Source: Verrucomicrobiales bacterium
GTDB taxonomy: Bacteria; Verrucomicrobiota; Verrucomicrobiia; Verrucomicrobiales; V1-33
Direction: 5' to 3'
Assembly: GCA_031411295.1 (NCBI GenBank)
Contig: JANOAV010000014.1
Span: 1-24,124, forward strand
DNA length: 24,124 bases
The position numbers and the translations under genes are program-made. Below, in pieces: positions 1-8,621 of the stretch; the stretch's first letter is position 1, and the number at the start of each line of letters is the position of its first letter. Under the pieces are notes generated by a model. The model was not told the DNA's origin. It saw only the letters and a program-made list of their open reading frames with translations, and did not search any database.

Positions 1-120
1 CCCGCCGAGGAGCTGTCCCCGCACCCTGCGCCAACCCGTCAAAGCCTGGCCCAAAACCAAAATCCCCAGCTCCCAACCGCTCGTCAAAACCATCACCATC
101 ACCAATCCTTAAAGGCATTG
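1..120 (+). mobile_element. Right end of an IS4-family insertion sequence (truncated by window edge)
   Basis: AATCCTTAAAGGCATTG (104-120) is the exact reverse complement of CAATGCCTTTAAGGATT at 23996-24012. The tip resembles the IS4-subgroup (C/T)AATGCC end. A reading frame stops inside the IR. Confidence 0.75.
2..112 (+). CDS. 3' end of a probable IS4-family transposase (partial)
   Basis: Frame 2 reads PPRSCPRTLRQPVKAWPKTK...ITNP*, with TAA at 110-112 inside the terminal IR. The R-S-C-P-R-x-x-R-Q-P tail resembles IS4-family transposase C-termini (from recall). Confidence 0.6.
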   Translation, partial: PPRSCPRTLRQPVKAWPKTKIPSSQPLVKTITITNP

Positions 121-193
121 GCTTAAAAGCGGGACTCCAACGCTGGTTCCAGTTTGGCGTGAACCCATCACTTTGCATAATTTCCGCCGCTAG
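121..193 (+). repeat. Right half of a REP/REPIN-like element; second copy at 19921-19995
   Basis: 124-193 vs 19926-19995 match at 65/70, ungapped. Begins with the hairpin arm GCTTAAAAGCGGGACTCC and ends in CTAG. Confidence 0.85.
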
Positions 194-322
194 CCTGCGT
201 GCAGTTGATGGCGCGCCCCTGGGAGCGGGAAAAATGCAGATATAGATTGCGCGGCGGCTAAAATTGCCCTTCATGACGTTTCCGTTTCAACTGTTTGGAA
301 CGGGGAGTTTGATAAATCGAGC

Positions 323-2083
323 ATGTTACCCGTTACCCATTGGATCCTGCGTGATGTGGAACCTCAAGTGTTGCAACGCGTGAGGGAGGTGGCGGCATGC
401 GCTGGCGAATCGGCCTTGGTGCTGCAATTGCTGGCGCAGCGAGGGATTCACGACGAAGTCAGACTGCAGAAATTTCTCAACCCCATGCTCAAGGAACTCA
501 GCGATCCTTTCCTGCTTCCGAACATGCAGGCGGCGGTGGATCGCATCCTGGCGGCAGTGGATGCCAAGGAAGAAGTGGCGCTGTTCGGGGACTATGATGT
601 GGACGGGGTCACCTCCCTCACCCTGCTGAAAACCGTGCTCCAAGCCTATGGCCTGGATCCCAAGGCCTTCCTGCCGCATCGCATGGAGGAAGGTTATGGG
701 GTCTCCCGTGAGGGGTTGGAGCGCGTGCTTTCCCAATGCCAACCAAGCCTGCTCATTGCTGTGGATTGCGGCACCACCTCGGTGGAGCAGATCGCGTGGC
801 TGAAGGCGGAGCATCAGGTGGATGTGATTGTCTTCGATCACCACGAGACCACGGGTGGCGTGCTGCCGGATTGTGTGGCGGTGGTCAATCCCAAGCTGGG
901 CGACCACTTCCACTATCTGTGCAGTGCCGGAGTCATTTTTAAATTGGCCCATGCCCTGATGAAACAGCGGCGGGTGGAAAACTTCGATTTGAAGGATCAT
1001 CTGGATATCGTAGCCCTCGGCACGGTGGCGGATATTGTGCCCCTGGTGGACGAGAACCGACTGCTCGTGCAGAAGGGCTTGGAGGTGCTGGAAAACACCA
1101 AGAAACTAGGCCTCAATGCGCTGAAGACTGTGGCTGCGCTCAGCGGCAAGCTCACCAGCATGGATCTGGGGTTCCGGTTAGGGCCGCGCTTGAATGCTTC
1201 CGGCCGCCTGGACACTGCGCAGGCTTCCCTGGACTTGCTCCTGGCCACCGAAGCGCTCCCAGCCCAGCAATTGGCCCAAGTGCTGGACGGACATAACCGC
1301 GCCCGGCAATTGTTGGAACACAGTATTCATTTGGATGCGGAGAAGGCAGCGGTGCAGGCCATCAAACTGACCGACCCGGCGGGACTGGTGGTAGCGGCAG
1401 AAGAATGGCATCCGGGCGTGGTCGGCATCGTGGCTTCCCGCCTGGTGAAGAAATATCATCGTCCCGTTTTCGTCATCGCGATCAATGAAGAAGGCATCGG
1501 GAAAGGCAGTGGCCGCAGTGTGGAGGGAATTTCCCTGGTTCAGGCGATCGACGTTTGCCGTGATTTGCTCATTAATGGTGGTGGCCACGACATGGCCGCC
1601 GGGGTGACCATCGAGAAGGTAAACCTCCCGGAATTTCGTGAGCGATTCGCCAATGCCATTGCGCAACAAGCCACCGAAGGCCAGTTGGAACCGAAGCTTT
1701 ACGTCGATGCCGAAACTCGCCTCGCAGAGTTGGACTTGGATTTCCTTCACAGCTACGACCGCCTCCAGCCCTTCGGAAACGGCAATCCGCAGCCTCTTTT
1801 CCTGGCGAGTAATGTGATGCCAGGCTCGGAACCGCGGTTGCTGAAGGAGAAGCACATCAAATTTGATTTCTATCAGGATGGCACCACCCGCACGGGCATC
1901 TGGTTCAATGGCGTGCGGGAAAGCACTCCGCTAAATTTACCCAAGCCGCCTTGGGATGTCGCTTTTTATGTGGATCGCAACACCTTCCGCGGGCATACTA
2001 GCGTGCAATTACTGGTGCAGGGGCTGCGCACTTCCGCTCCCGTAAAGCGTGTCATTAGCAACCCCGTCGCTGCCCATGCCTGA
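323..2083 (+). CDS. recJ: Single-stranded-DNA-specific exonuclease RecJ
   Basis: DHH-family motifs GDYDVDG, VDCG, FDHH, LGTVAD, GPRLNASGR, GSGRS, GGHDMAAG, PFGNGNPQP; 586 aa. Confidence 0.97.
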   Translation: MLPVTHWILRDVEPQVLQRVREVAACAGESALVLQLLAQRGIHDEVRLQKFLNPMLKELSDPFLLPNMQAAVDRILAAVDAKEEVALFGDYDVDGVTSLTLLKTVLQAYGLDPKAFLPHRMEEGYGVSREGLERVLSQCQPSLLIAVDCGTTSVEQIAWLKAEHQVDVIVFDHHETTGGVLPDCVAVVNPKLGDHFHYLCSAGVIFKLAHALMKQRRVENFDLKDHLDIVALGTVADIVPLVDENRLLVQKGLEVLENTKKLGLNALKTVAALSGKLTSMDLGFRLGPRLNASGRLDTAQASLDLLLATEALPAQQLAQVLDGHNRARQLLEHSIHLDAEKAAVQAIKLTDPAGLVVAAEEWHPGVVGIVASRLVKKYHRPVFVIAINEEGIGKGSGRSVEGISLVQAIDVCRDLLINGGGHDMAAGVTIEKVNLPEFRERFANAIAQQATEGQLEPKLYVDAETRLAELDLDFLHSYDRLQPFGNGNPQPLFLASNVMPGSEPRLLKEKHIKFDFYQDGTTRTGIWFNGVRESTPLNLPKPPWDVAFYVDRNTFRGHTSVQLLVQGLRTSAPVKRVISNPVAAHA

Positions 2084-2747
2084 TCCTGCCCCATCCTCCC
2101 ATGCCAGATGGTTTCGCCTCCGTCGCTTCCCGACCTGGCGACTTTGGCTGCCGACGGTTGCCGTCCTGCTGGGGTTGTTCCTGTGGCTGGGGCCCAAAGT
2201 TCACGGCTGGCTGGCCGTGACCGAGCGCGTAGCAGAAGCACGCTATGTCGTCGTGGAAGGCTGGGCTGCGGATTACGTGATCCTGGCGGCAGAACAAGAA
2301 TTCGATGACCTGAACGCAAAATTGCTCCTGACAACCGGCCTTCCGCTGGATCGGGGTGCTACCCTGAGCGAGATCAAGGACTTCGCCACCCTCTCGGCTA
2401 ACACTCTGGCTAAGTCAGGCATGAAGCCACGCTCAATCTACCCTGTCCCTGCTCCAGCGGTCGCGCGGGAGCGCACTGCCGCCATGGCCGCAGCTTTAAA
2501 AAAGGCCTTGGATGGACTTAATATCCCAGCCGCCGACCGCAGCATCCAATTGGTCACCAGTTCCACCCATGCCCGTCGTTCCCGCAAGGTGTATCAGCGG
2601 GAATTGGGACCAGATTGGCAGGTGGGGGTGGTGTCCATTGCGGACCCCAGCTACCCGGCAGAAACTTGGTATCGCTACAGCTCAGGAGCCAAGGGTGTCA
2701 TCGACGAGTTGGTGGCCCTCTTCATCGTGGTCTGCGGAGGGGAATAG
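2076..2747 (+). CDS. YdcF/DUF218 (ElyC/SanA-like) membrane-anchored protein
   Basis: N-terminal TM helix, VVEGW, and LVTSSTHARRS motif. ATG at 2076 overlaps the recJ 3' end. Confidence 0.75.
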   Translation: MPDPAPSSHARWFRLRRFPTWRLWLPTVAVLLGLFLWLGPKVHGWLAVTERVAEARYVVVEGWAADYVILAAEQEFDDLNAKLLLTTGLPLDRGATLSEIKDFATLSANTLAKSGMKPRSIYPVPAPAVARERTAAMAAALKKALDGLNIPAADRSIQLVTSSTHARRSRKVYQRELGPDWQVGVVSIADPSYPAETWYRYSSGAKGVIDELVALFIVVCGGE

Positions 2748-2836
2748 GTTGACCGCCGAGGGTGCAGGATAAAAAAAATTACTAGAGGATTGTGCAGCCA
2801 ATCTCGGTCAATCTTGGGAGATCTGAATGGTTCTCA

Positions 2837-2926
2837 GTCCTGAAGGGACGGGACGACAAAGCCCAGAGTGGAGCGCAGCGTAACTCTGGGATTCCTCGAA
2901 CCATAACCTAAAGCCCTGTAAGGGCG
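2837..2926 (+). repeat. Three-hairpin REP-like element
   Basis: GTCC-TGAAG-GGAC, CCCAGAGT...ACTCTGGG and GCCC-TGTAA-GGGC; same layout as 8584-8686 and 9301-9403. Confidence 0.7.
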
Positions 2927-3009
2927 GGACACCGCAGCACTCAGCCACAGGTTGCTGGTGTGACTTCCACGTTACCTTGCTTCGCCCTTGCTAGTCTAAT
3001 CAATCGATG

Positions 3010-3096
3010 GCCGAAAAAAACGGCAAAAGACGAAAAGATAATTTTCTGCATGACGCACCAACCAATTCTTTTCGGCCTTTTTTTGCTTTTTTCGGC
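3010..3096. repeat. Imperfect long inverted repeat between convergent genes
   Basis: GCCGAAAAAAACGGCAAAAGACGAAAAGA (3010-3038) pairs imperfectly with the T-rich arm 3067-3096 (TCTTTTCGG...TTTTTTCGGC). Loosely related to the GCCGCAAAAGAACGCAA motif near 23776 and 20294-20321. Confidence 0.6.
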
Positions 3097-3123
3097 AAAA
3101 TAAAATATGGTCACACAGCAGAC

Positions 3124-3954
3124 TTAGTCATCAAAACGTTCCTCGGTGAGCACCGGGCCTAACTGGAATTTGTCATCCCGTAGCGAGATACGCCGCAGTT
3201 GCACCAAGGAAACTGAAGGCAGATCAACCGCCAAGGGGCTGGCGAAACTAACGAACCCACCGGTGTTCACCAGCAAGCGCCCCTGGCGTCGCCACCACGA
3301 GGCCCGATGGGTGTGGCCAAACAGCATCACCTGGCAGCCGGGACGGAACTCCGCAGCAAAGCGACTCGCGATCCAGGGCAGGGTGGTCCAGACTTTGGCC
3401 ACGTTCCAAGGGCGGGACGGCGGCCACAGCTCGCGCCACGCCATGGCCAATTTTGCCAGCCAACCTTTCCCTGACTGCCGCACTTCAGTTGCGATCATGG
3501 CTTCGCTCCAGCGGCGGGTGCGTTCGAAGCGTTTGTCCAAATTAGCCAGATCTGCTGCGGAATATGTTGCGGCAATCGCCTCCATGGCGGGACGGCAGGC
3601 GCGCAATTTGGCGCTCCAGGGACTAACCATGTGGAGGAGCACATGCCCGTGAGTCACAAACACCTTGCCCCCGCAGACCTCCAACCAGTCGTGCGGCCAG
3701 GAGCTGGGATCGTGGTTTCCGTTGATCATTACTAACGCCACCCCGCGTTCCTCCGCCAACGATTGCAATTCCTCCAGCAGGGCTTGCGAACGGGCCTGGA
3801 AGCGGGGTAGCCGTGCCTCCAGCGTATCCCCGTTGAGGATGAGAGTGGAGATCCCCTCCAGCAATGGGATCAGCTGGTGGGCCGCCTGAATGGAGCTAAC
3901 ATCATGGCCCAGATGCAAGTCCGAAAGCAGGCGGGCAGGATAGGCAAAACTCAT
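3124..3954 (-). CDS. Calcineurin-like metallophosphoesterase (LpxH-like)
   Basis: SDLHLG, LNGD, GNHD, THGH, FGHTH and NTG motifs. Confidence 0.85.
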   Translation of the reverse strand: MSFAYPARLLSDLHLGHDVSSIQAAHQLIPLLEGISTLILNGDTLEARLPRFQARSQALLEELQSLAEERGVALVMINGNHDPSSWPHDWLEVCGGKVFVTHGHVLLHMVSPWSAKLRACRPAMEAIAATYSAADLANLDKRFERTRRWSEAMIATEVRQSGKGWLAKLAMAWRELWPPSRPWNVAKVWTTLPWIASRFAAEFRPGCQVMLFGHTHRASWWRRQGRLLVNTGGFVSFASPLAVDLPSVSLVQLRRISLRDDKFQLGPVLTEERFDD

Positions 3955-3965
3955 GCGGGTGGGCT

Positions 3966-4811
3966 CTAGAAATCAACCTTTTTGCGATCCGGTTCCTTGC
4001 GCGGTGGCGTGGGCTCGGGGCCAGGAGATTTGACCTTGGTGCCATCCGCCGGCACTTCGTGCAACCAGACTGCAACCAGATCGAACAAGGGGGCATCGGG
4101 CACCAACTGACTCATGGCCCGGATGGTCAAGTCCACGGGACACTTCTCGATTTCCAGCAGCGCGATGTCTTGAGATTGAATTTTCTTTCCGTTTTCATCC
4201 AAGGAATTAATGCGGAAGGGGATGGGGGTGCTGTTGCCGGAGATCTCCAATTGACCGGTGCCACCGCCTTCGCCTGTCATGGCGCGAAACTCCAGCCGAA
4301 CCCTGTATTTCCCTGCCGGGAGGTCTTGCAGCGTCCATTGCTGGGCGGCTTTTTCCAAGGCCCAGAACTTGCGTTTGGGTTCATCTGCCGGGATCCACTT
4401 AGCGGTGTTAGGTCGCAAGATGGTGGTTCCCTTGGCACGGGTTTTCTCCCCTCCGTTGCCCGCAGGCGTTCCATCCTGACTGAAGAGTCGGTTCATGGCT
4501 TTGTCCTGACTGCTTTCTGCTGCGGCTTCGGGGGGCTGGGACAGTTTTTCCTGAACGACCTTTAACTGACTGAGCACGGTCTTGGCTTCCGCAGCTGCTT
4601 GCTCAGCGGCGGCAGTGTTGTCTTTGGCAAGATAACTCAGCCGCAACGCTTCCAACTGATCAGCATAGATGGCGAGTTGGGTTGCTTCGGTGGTTAGTTT
4701 CTCCGTGGTAAAACGCTCCAAAAGTTTGGCTAGGCCCCGGCTTTCCTGCGCCCCCAACGGAGCGGCCCAGCAGATTCCCAAAGCGATGCAAGCGAGGCGA
4801 TTCCAGTTCAT
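3966..4811 (-). CDS. Secreted hypothetical protein (helical segment plus putative beta-sandwich)
   Basis: Signal peptide ending LGA-QE. QQWTLQDLPAGKYRVRLEF motif is shared with the two upstream genes. ATGA overlap with the upstream stop. Confidence 0.75.
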   Translation of the reverse strand: MNWNRLACIALGICWAAPLGAQESRGLAKLLERFTTEKLTTEATQLAIYADQLEALRLSYLAKDNTAAAEQAAAEAKTVLSQLKVVQEKLSQPPEAAAESSQDKAMNRLFSQDGTPAGNGGEKTRAKGTTILRPNTAKWIPADEPKRKFWALEKAAQQWTLQDLPAGKYRVRLEFRAMTGEGGGTGQLEISGNSTPIPFRINSLDENGKKIQSQDIALLEIEKCPVDLTIRAMSQLVPDAPLFDLVAVWLHEVPADGTKVKSPGPEPTPPRKEPDRKKVDF

Positions 4812-6193
4812 GGGGCCTTTTTATCAGGGGTTAGGACGAGGCTGCGAAGCTCACAAAGCGAGCCGGTCGAGGCATTCGCGAGCGATTCTACCGAGAATTC
4901 CAAATACTTGGCGTCTGGTGGGATTACGATTCGTTTGTCCACGGCTATGGTCCGTTGCACCAAGAAGTTGGATCCCTCCAGACTGCCGGAGATCTGATTC
5001 CCCGCACACGAAAGCAAATAGTTGCCGCCAGTGCCGGGCCCTTCGTTGATGTTTAAGGTGACGTGATAGGTTCCAGGCACGACTTTGGCAGCCGCCAATT
5101 TGAAGGAAATGCGGGCCCCGACCGGCCGCAACCGTTGCAGACAATCCTTGGTGGTCGAGAGTCGGATTTCACCATTCATCGTCGCCATCAGGGGGTCAGC
5201 CGCGTTGAGGATCACCTTCGCCTGACCGGCCACGGGGGCCGTGGTGGGTGGATTCACCAGTTTTGTGATGCGATCCAATTCTGGTTGAATTACGGCCAAG
5301 GCTTCGGTGTTAGAACTGGCTGACGCCGCTTTGGCTAGCTCCTGCAATTTAGCCAACCAAGCCTTGTGGCCGCTAGCCGTTTTTTCGCGGAGCTGCTTGC
5401 TGAATTCCTCTTCCAGACTGGTCAACTCTTTGACGTCGAGGACCGGGCGGGTGTCGGTGACCGCAGCCGTAGGGATCAGTTCCAGATGATACACCGTCAT
5501 CAGCCCTTCCGCGAGCGCCTCCTTGGCCTTAAGAATCAAGGTGGTGCGAGCACTGGTGGTGGTGATGGTTCCCAACTCCACGGTATTTTTTTCAACCAGC
5601 GTGGTGGTGCGCGGCACGATGTATTCCAAGGCCTTGGAGCCATTGATGCTGGTTAATTCAGAGAAAGTAGCCGTGCCGCCATAGACTGGAATTTCCAGTG
5701 GTCTCCCGCTCGGGCCGTAAGTTACCCGCGGCCCCCCGACGGGAGCGTCCACCGAGTAGGTCAGCTTAACCCGATAAAGCCCCGGGTTCAGGTTCAACCC
5801 TTCCCAACGCACCGCGCCGTTGGTCTTGTTTAATTGGATGGCGCCATTTTTTTCGTTCGCACCATAAGTCAACGAATGGCCGGTGCGGATATCCAAAATG
5901 ATTCCGGGACTTTTTACCGCAGTGGACGCAGCGCTTTTTTCCAGCGCGGCTAACGCTTGGGCTGCTTGGTCCGCCCCCACGTAATCCTCCTGCGCCACGC
6001 GCGCTGCTTCCAGCGCCCGTAACGCTTCGAGCTGCTGCTTCGTGTCGGCCTCCAGCTTGGCTTTCAGCGCTGCCTCATGGGCCGTGCGCAGAGCTGTTAG
6101 GGAAGGATCTTCCGGAGCCGCAGGTTCCGCCGCCTGGAGCAGCAGGGGCAGCGCCAAAATCAGGAAACGCAGAGCAAAGCGATGGCGACTCAT
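4808..6193 (-). CDS. Secreted hypothetical protein with two helix + beta-sandwich modules
   Basis: Start reassigned to ATG 6193 (MSRHRFALRFLILALPLLLQA signal peptide; ATGA overlap). Contains PGLYRVKLTYS and PGTYHVTLNI modules. Confidence 0.75.
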   Translation of the reverse strand: MSRHRFALRFLILALPLLLQAAEPAAPEDPSLTALRTAHEAALKAKLEADTKQQLEALRALEAARVAQEDYVGADQAAQALAALEKSAASTAVKSPGIILDIRTGHSLTYGANEKNGAIQLNKTNGAVRWEGLNLNPGLYRVKLTYSVDAPVGGPRVTYGPSGRPLEIPVYGGTATFSELTSINGSKALEYIVPRTTTLVEKNTVELGTITTTSARTTLILKAKEALAEGLMTVYHLELIPTAAVTDTRPVLDVKELTSLEEEFSKQLREKTASGHKAWLAKLQELAKAASASSNTEALAVIQPELDRITKLVNPPTTAPVAGQAKVILNAADPLMATMNGEIRLSTTKDCLQRLRPVGARISFKLAAAKVVPGTYHVTLNINEGPGTGGNYLLSCAGNQISGSLEGSNFLVQRTIAVDKRIVIPPDAKYLEFSVESLANASTGSLCELRSLVLTPDKKAP

Positions 6194-6912
6194 AAGGCGG
6201 CACAGGGGAGCAGACGCACTTGGCGCAAATAAAAGAGGCCCTCGCCCACGAGCGCAGTGGCGGAAATTTGCACCTGCTGGCTGCTTGATTTCACCCGCAG
6301 CACTCCACACACCTCTGGTCGGAAGCTCATCCATGAGCCGGAATCCTTCGCCTGACGTTTCAGGGAATAGGTGTCTTCCTTGATCACAAAGCTGCCTCCG
6401 CCATTGCCGCAGGAATAGGTTAGTTCGACCTCATAGCCACCGGTTCGCAAGCCGTCGGGCAATTTCCACCGGGCGGAAGATTGTTCCGTGGTCCAACCCA
6501 CCAGGGCGTTTTTCTCCGCATCCAGCGTAACCCCGCCCGTCATCGTCGCCTCCGGCGCATTCATCGTAACCGATCCATCCGCCTCCAAAATAGCGGTGGC
6601 CTGAGGCGCGGAAGGCGTGGGTTTTGCCTCGGTGAGTGCTATCCCCATCTCACGAGTCGCACTGTCCCGGGCTGCCTTGATTTTAGCTGCTAGGGTGTAT
6701 TGACGCTTCTGCACCGCGGCCTTCTCCAACTCGATCAGCTTCCGCTGAAATGAATCTCCGATCGGCTTGGTGGTCTCCTTGAGGAACGTTTGGTATTTCG
6801 TCTGGAACTCCTGAAACAGTGCCGTCTCATCACCACACCACCCCCAAGGCAGGCCCACAAACGTGGCTGCCAGTAAAGATAGTGGACGGGGCAATTTCCA
6901 AGCGGACTTCAT
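6190..6912 (-). CDS. Secreted hypothetical protein (helix + carbohydrate-binding-like beta-sandwich)
   Basis: N-terminal hydrophobic leader; SARWKLPDGLRTGGYEVELTYSCGNGGGSF module. Confidence 0.75.
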   Translation of the reverse strand: MKSAWKLPRPLSLLAATFVGLPWGWCGDETALFQEFQTKYQTFLKETTKPIGDSFQRKLIELEKAAVQKRQYTLAAKIKAARDSATREMGIALTEAKPTPSAPQATAILEADGSVTMNAPEATMTGGVTLDAEKNALVGWTTEQSSARWKLPDGLRTGGYEVELTYSCGNGGGSFVIKEDTYSLKRQAKDSGSWMSFRPEVCGVLRVKSSSQQVQISATALVGEGLFYLRQVRLLPCAAL

Positions 6913-7030
6913 AGGATAATCACACCTTAATTTTTACCCTCATTTTTGCAAGGACACTCCACCGAAAACCGCCTTTTCGTCTTTTTCGTCCATCCTGCCG
7001 TGATTTTCGGGGAATTTCTGGGGAATTCCT

Positions 7031-7169
7031 CAGGGCGGATTTTTGCACGGTGTAAGTTTTTGATTGTCAACAGATCATGCGGTGGTGATGCGCTGCTGCG
7101 CGTCATTGGACTTCCCCTTTCAGACACGCGCAGCAGCGCGTTTCCACCTCCGTGCAAAAATCCGCCATG
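7031..7169. mobile_element. MITE-like element (139 bp) with a 10-bp target duplication
   Basis: TIRs CAGGGCGGATTTTTGCACGG / CCGTGCAAAAATCCGCCATG (19/20). Flanks GGGAATTCCT (7021-7030) / GGGCATTCCT (7170-7179). Internal inverted pair at 7081-7103 and 7126-7148. Confidence 0.8.
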
Positions 7170-7198
7170 GGGCATTCCTCTTCCCTCGGTAACAGTTC

Positions 7199-7227
7199 TT
7201 GACATCGTGTATTTTTTACACCATTGT
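7199..7227 (+). promoter_or_regulatory. Putative sigma70 promoter of the nrtR operon
   Basis: Perfect TTGACA (7199-7204), 17-bp spacer, weak -10 CATTGT (7222-7227), 6 nt before the ATG. Confidence 0.55.
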
Positions 7228-7244
7228 TCGTGTATGAATCACAC
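7207..7244. promoter_or_regulatory. Two tandem putative NrtR operators
   Basis: GTGTATTTTTTACAC (7207-7221) and GTGTATGAATCACAC (7230-7244). Both are GTGT-N7-ACAC and contain the GT-N7-AC core described for NrtR boxes. Confidence 0.75.
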
Positions 7245-7923
7245 CTACAAATATCCCCGTGCTGCCCTGACCGTTGACTGCGTCGTCTTCGGCTTTGATG
7301 GAGGAGCGTTGCAGATCCTGCTGATTCAGCGGGGGCTGAAACCATTTAAAGATCATTGGGCGCTGCCGGGAGGCTTCGTGCAAATGAACGGGACCTTGGA
7401 TGAGGCCGCACGGCGGGAGCTGGAAGAAGAGACCGGGTTGAAACAAGTTTTTCTGGAGCAACTTTACACCTTCAGCGGCGTGGAGCGGGATCCCCGGGAG
7501 CGCGTCATTAGCGTGGCCTACTATGCGCTGGTGAAACACACCGACCACGTCACCACTGCCGCCACGGATGCCGCCGACGCCCGGTGGTTCCCCTTGGCGG
7601 AAATCCCTCCACTCGCCTTCGACCACGCCACCATTCTGGAAACCGCCCTGCACCGCCTGCGCGGCAAGCTCAGCTACGAACCCATCGGCTTCGAATTGCT
7701 GCCGGCAAAATTTACTCTCACCCAACTCCAGCGCCTTTATGAGGCCGTGCTCGGCACCGAAATCGATAAACGAAATTTCCGCAAAAAAGTCCTCAGTTAC
7801 AACCTGCTCCTCCCCCTCAAAGAAACCCGCCGCGAAGGCGCCCACCGCCCCGCACAACTCTTCCGCTTCGATCCCGCGCGGTATGAACGACTGAAACAAA
7901 AGGGATTCTTATTTGAAGTATGA
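7234..7923 (+). CDS. nrtR: NrtR-family transcriptional regulator (Nudix + winged HTH)
   Basis: [15 protein letters not shown]...[11 protein letters not shown]udix box, [17 protein letters not shown], and C-terminal [11 protein letters not shown]...DKRNFRKK...HRPAQLF. Start reassigned to ATG 7234. Confidence 0.92.
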   Translation: MNHTYKYPRAALTVDCVVFGFDGGALQILLIQRGLKPFKDHWALPGGFVQMNGTLDEAARRELEEETGLKQVFLEQLYTFSGVERDPRERVISVAYYALVKHTDHVTTAATDAADARWFPLAEIPPLAFDHATILETALHRLRGKLSYEPIGFELLPAKFTLTQLQRLYEAVLGTEIDKRNFRKKVLSYNLLLPLKETRREGAHRPAQLFRFDPARYERLKQKGFLFEV

Positions 7924-8621
7924 ATGCTATTTCCTCCATGAAACTTAAAGTCCAGTCCTACCTGCATCAGGCGCAGCAATGGCCAAAGACTGGTCGTCAC
8001 ATCCTGGCGCAATTTGATGAATCATCGATTTACGTCTACCAAGCCTATCGCCCAGCCATCGCTCAATACGCCCTGGAGCATCAGCAGTTTGGCGGTCCTT
8101 TCAGCTTCTCTCGCATGAGTTGGATTAAACCCAACTTTCTTTGGATGATGTATCGTTCCGGATGGGCCAGCAAGGAGGGCCAGGAATATGTCCTCGCTAT
8201 TCGGTTGAAGCGTCCTTTCTTCGATGAAATTCTGGCCCAAGCGGTAGCTTCAACTTATGACCCGGCTCGGTTTGATGGAGAAGCATCATGGAAACACGCA
8301 GTAGGGTCGTCGGATGTTCGATTGCAGTGGGATCCTGATCATCATCCCCGCGGTGGATGCCTAGAGCGTCGCGCAGTCCAACTCGGATTACGCGGCAAAA
8401 TGCTAGAAAGATATGGCAGGACAGAGCTGCTCTCCATTCATGATGTCACGCCTTTTGTGGTCCAACAAAGAGGGCTCTTAGACGGTGACCTGCAATCTCT
8501 GCTCACACCGACCGAAGAAATTTATCAGCCCGCGATTCCATCAGCGATCCAGTCGGTCGGATTGGATGCCCCTCCCTCAGCTTCGATTCCAACGGGATCA
8601 CTGAAATCGGCCGGGGGTTGA
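7920..8621 (+). CDS. DUF4291 family protein
   Basis: [23 protein letters not shown] and VRLQWDPD signature motifs; ATGA overlap with nrtR. Confidence 0.88.
   Translation: MNAISSMKLKVQSYLHQAQQWPKTGRHILAQFDESSIYVYQAYRPAIAQYALEHQQFGGPFSFSRMSWIKPNFLWMMYRSGWASKEGQEYVLAIRLKRPFFDEILAQAVASTYDPARFDGEASWKHAVGSSDVRLQWDPDHHPRGGCLERRAVQLGLRGKMLERYGRTELLSIHDVTPFVVQQRGLLDGDLQSLLTPTEEIYQPAIPSAIQSVGLDAPPSASIPTGSLKSAGG

Noticed and set aside
3124..3954. Naming the metallophosphoesterase lpxH
   Set aside because: It has GNHD rather than the GNRD of E. coli LpxH and there is no lipid A gene context, so the substrate cannot be assigned.
6946..7233. N-terminal extension of NrtR in the ORF track
   Set aside because: It runs through the MITE and promoter, and family similarity begins at M7234. 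Similar over-extensions were trimmed for ORFs starting at 6334, 9787, 11720, 13644, 15202, 17306 and 23832.
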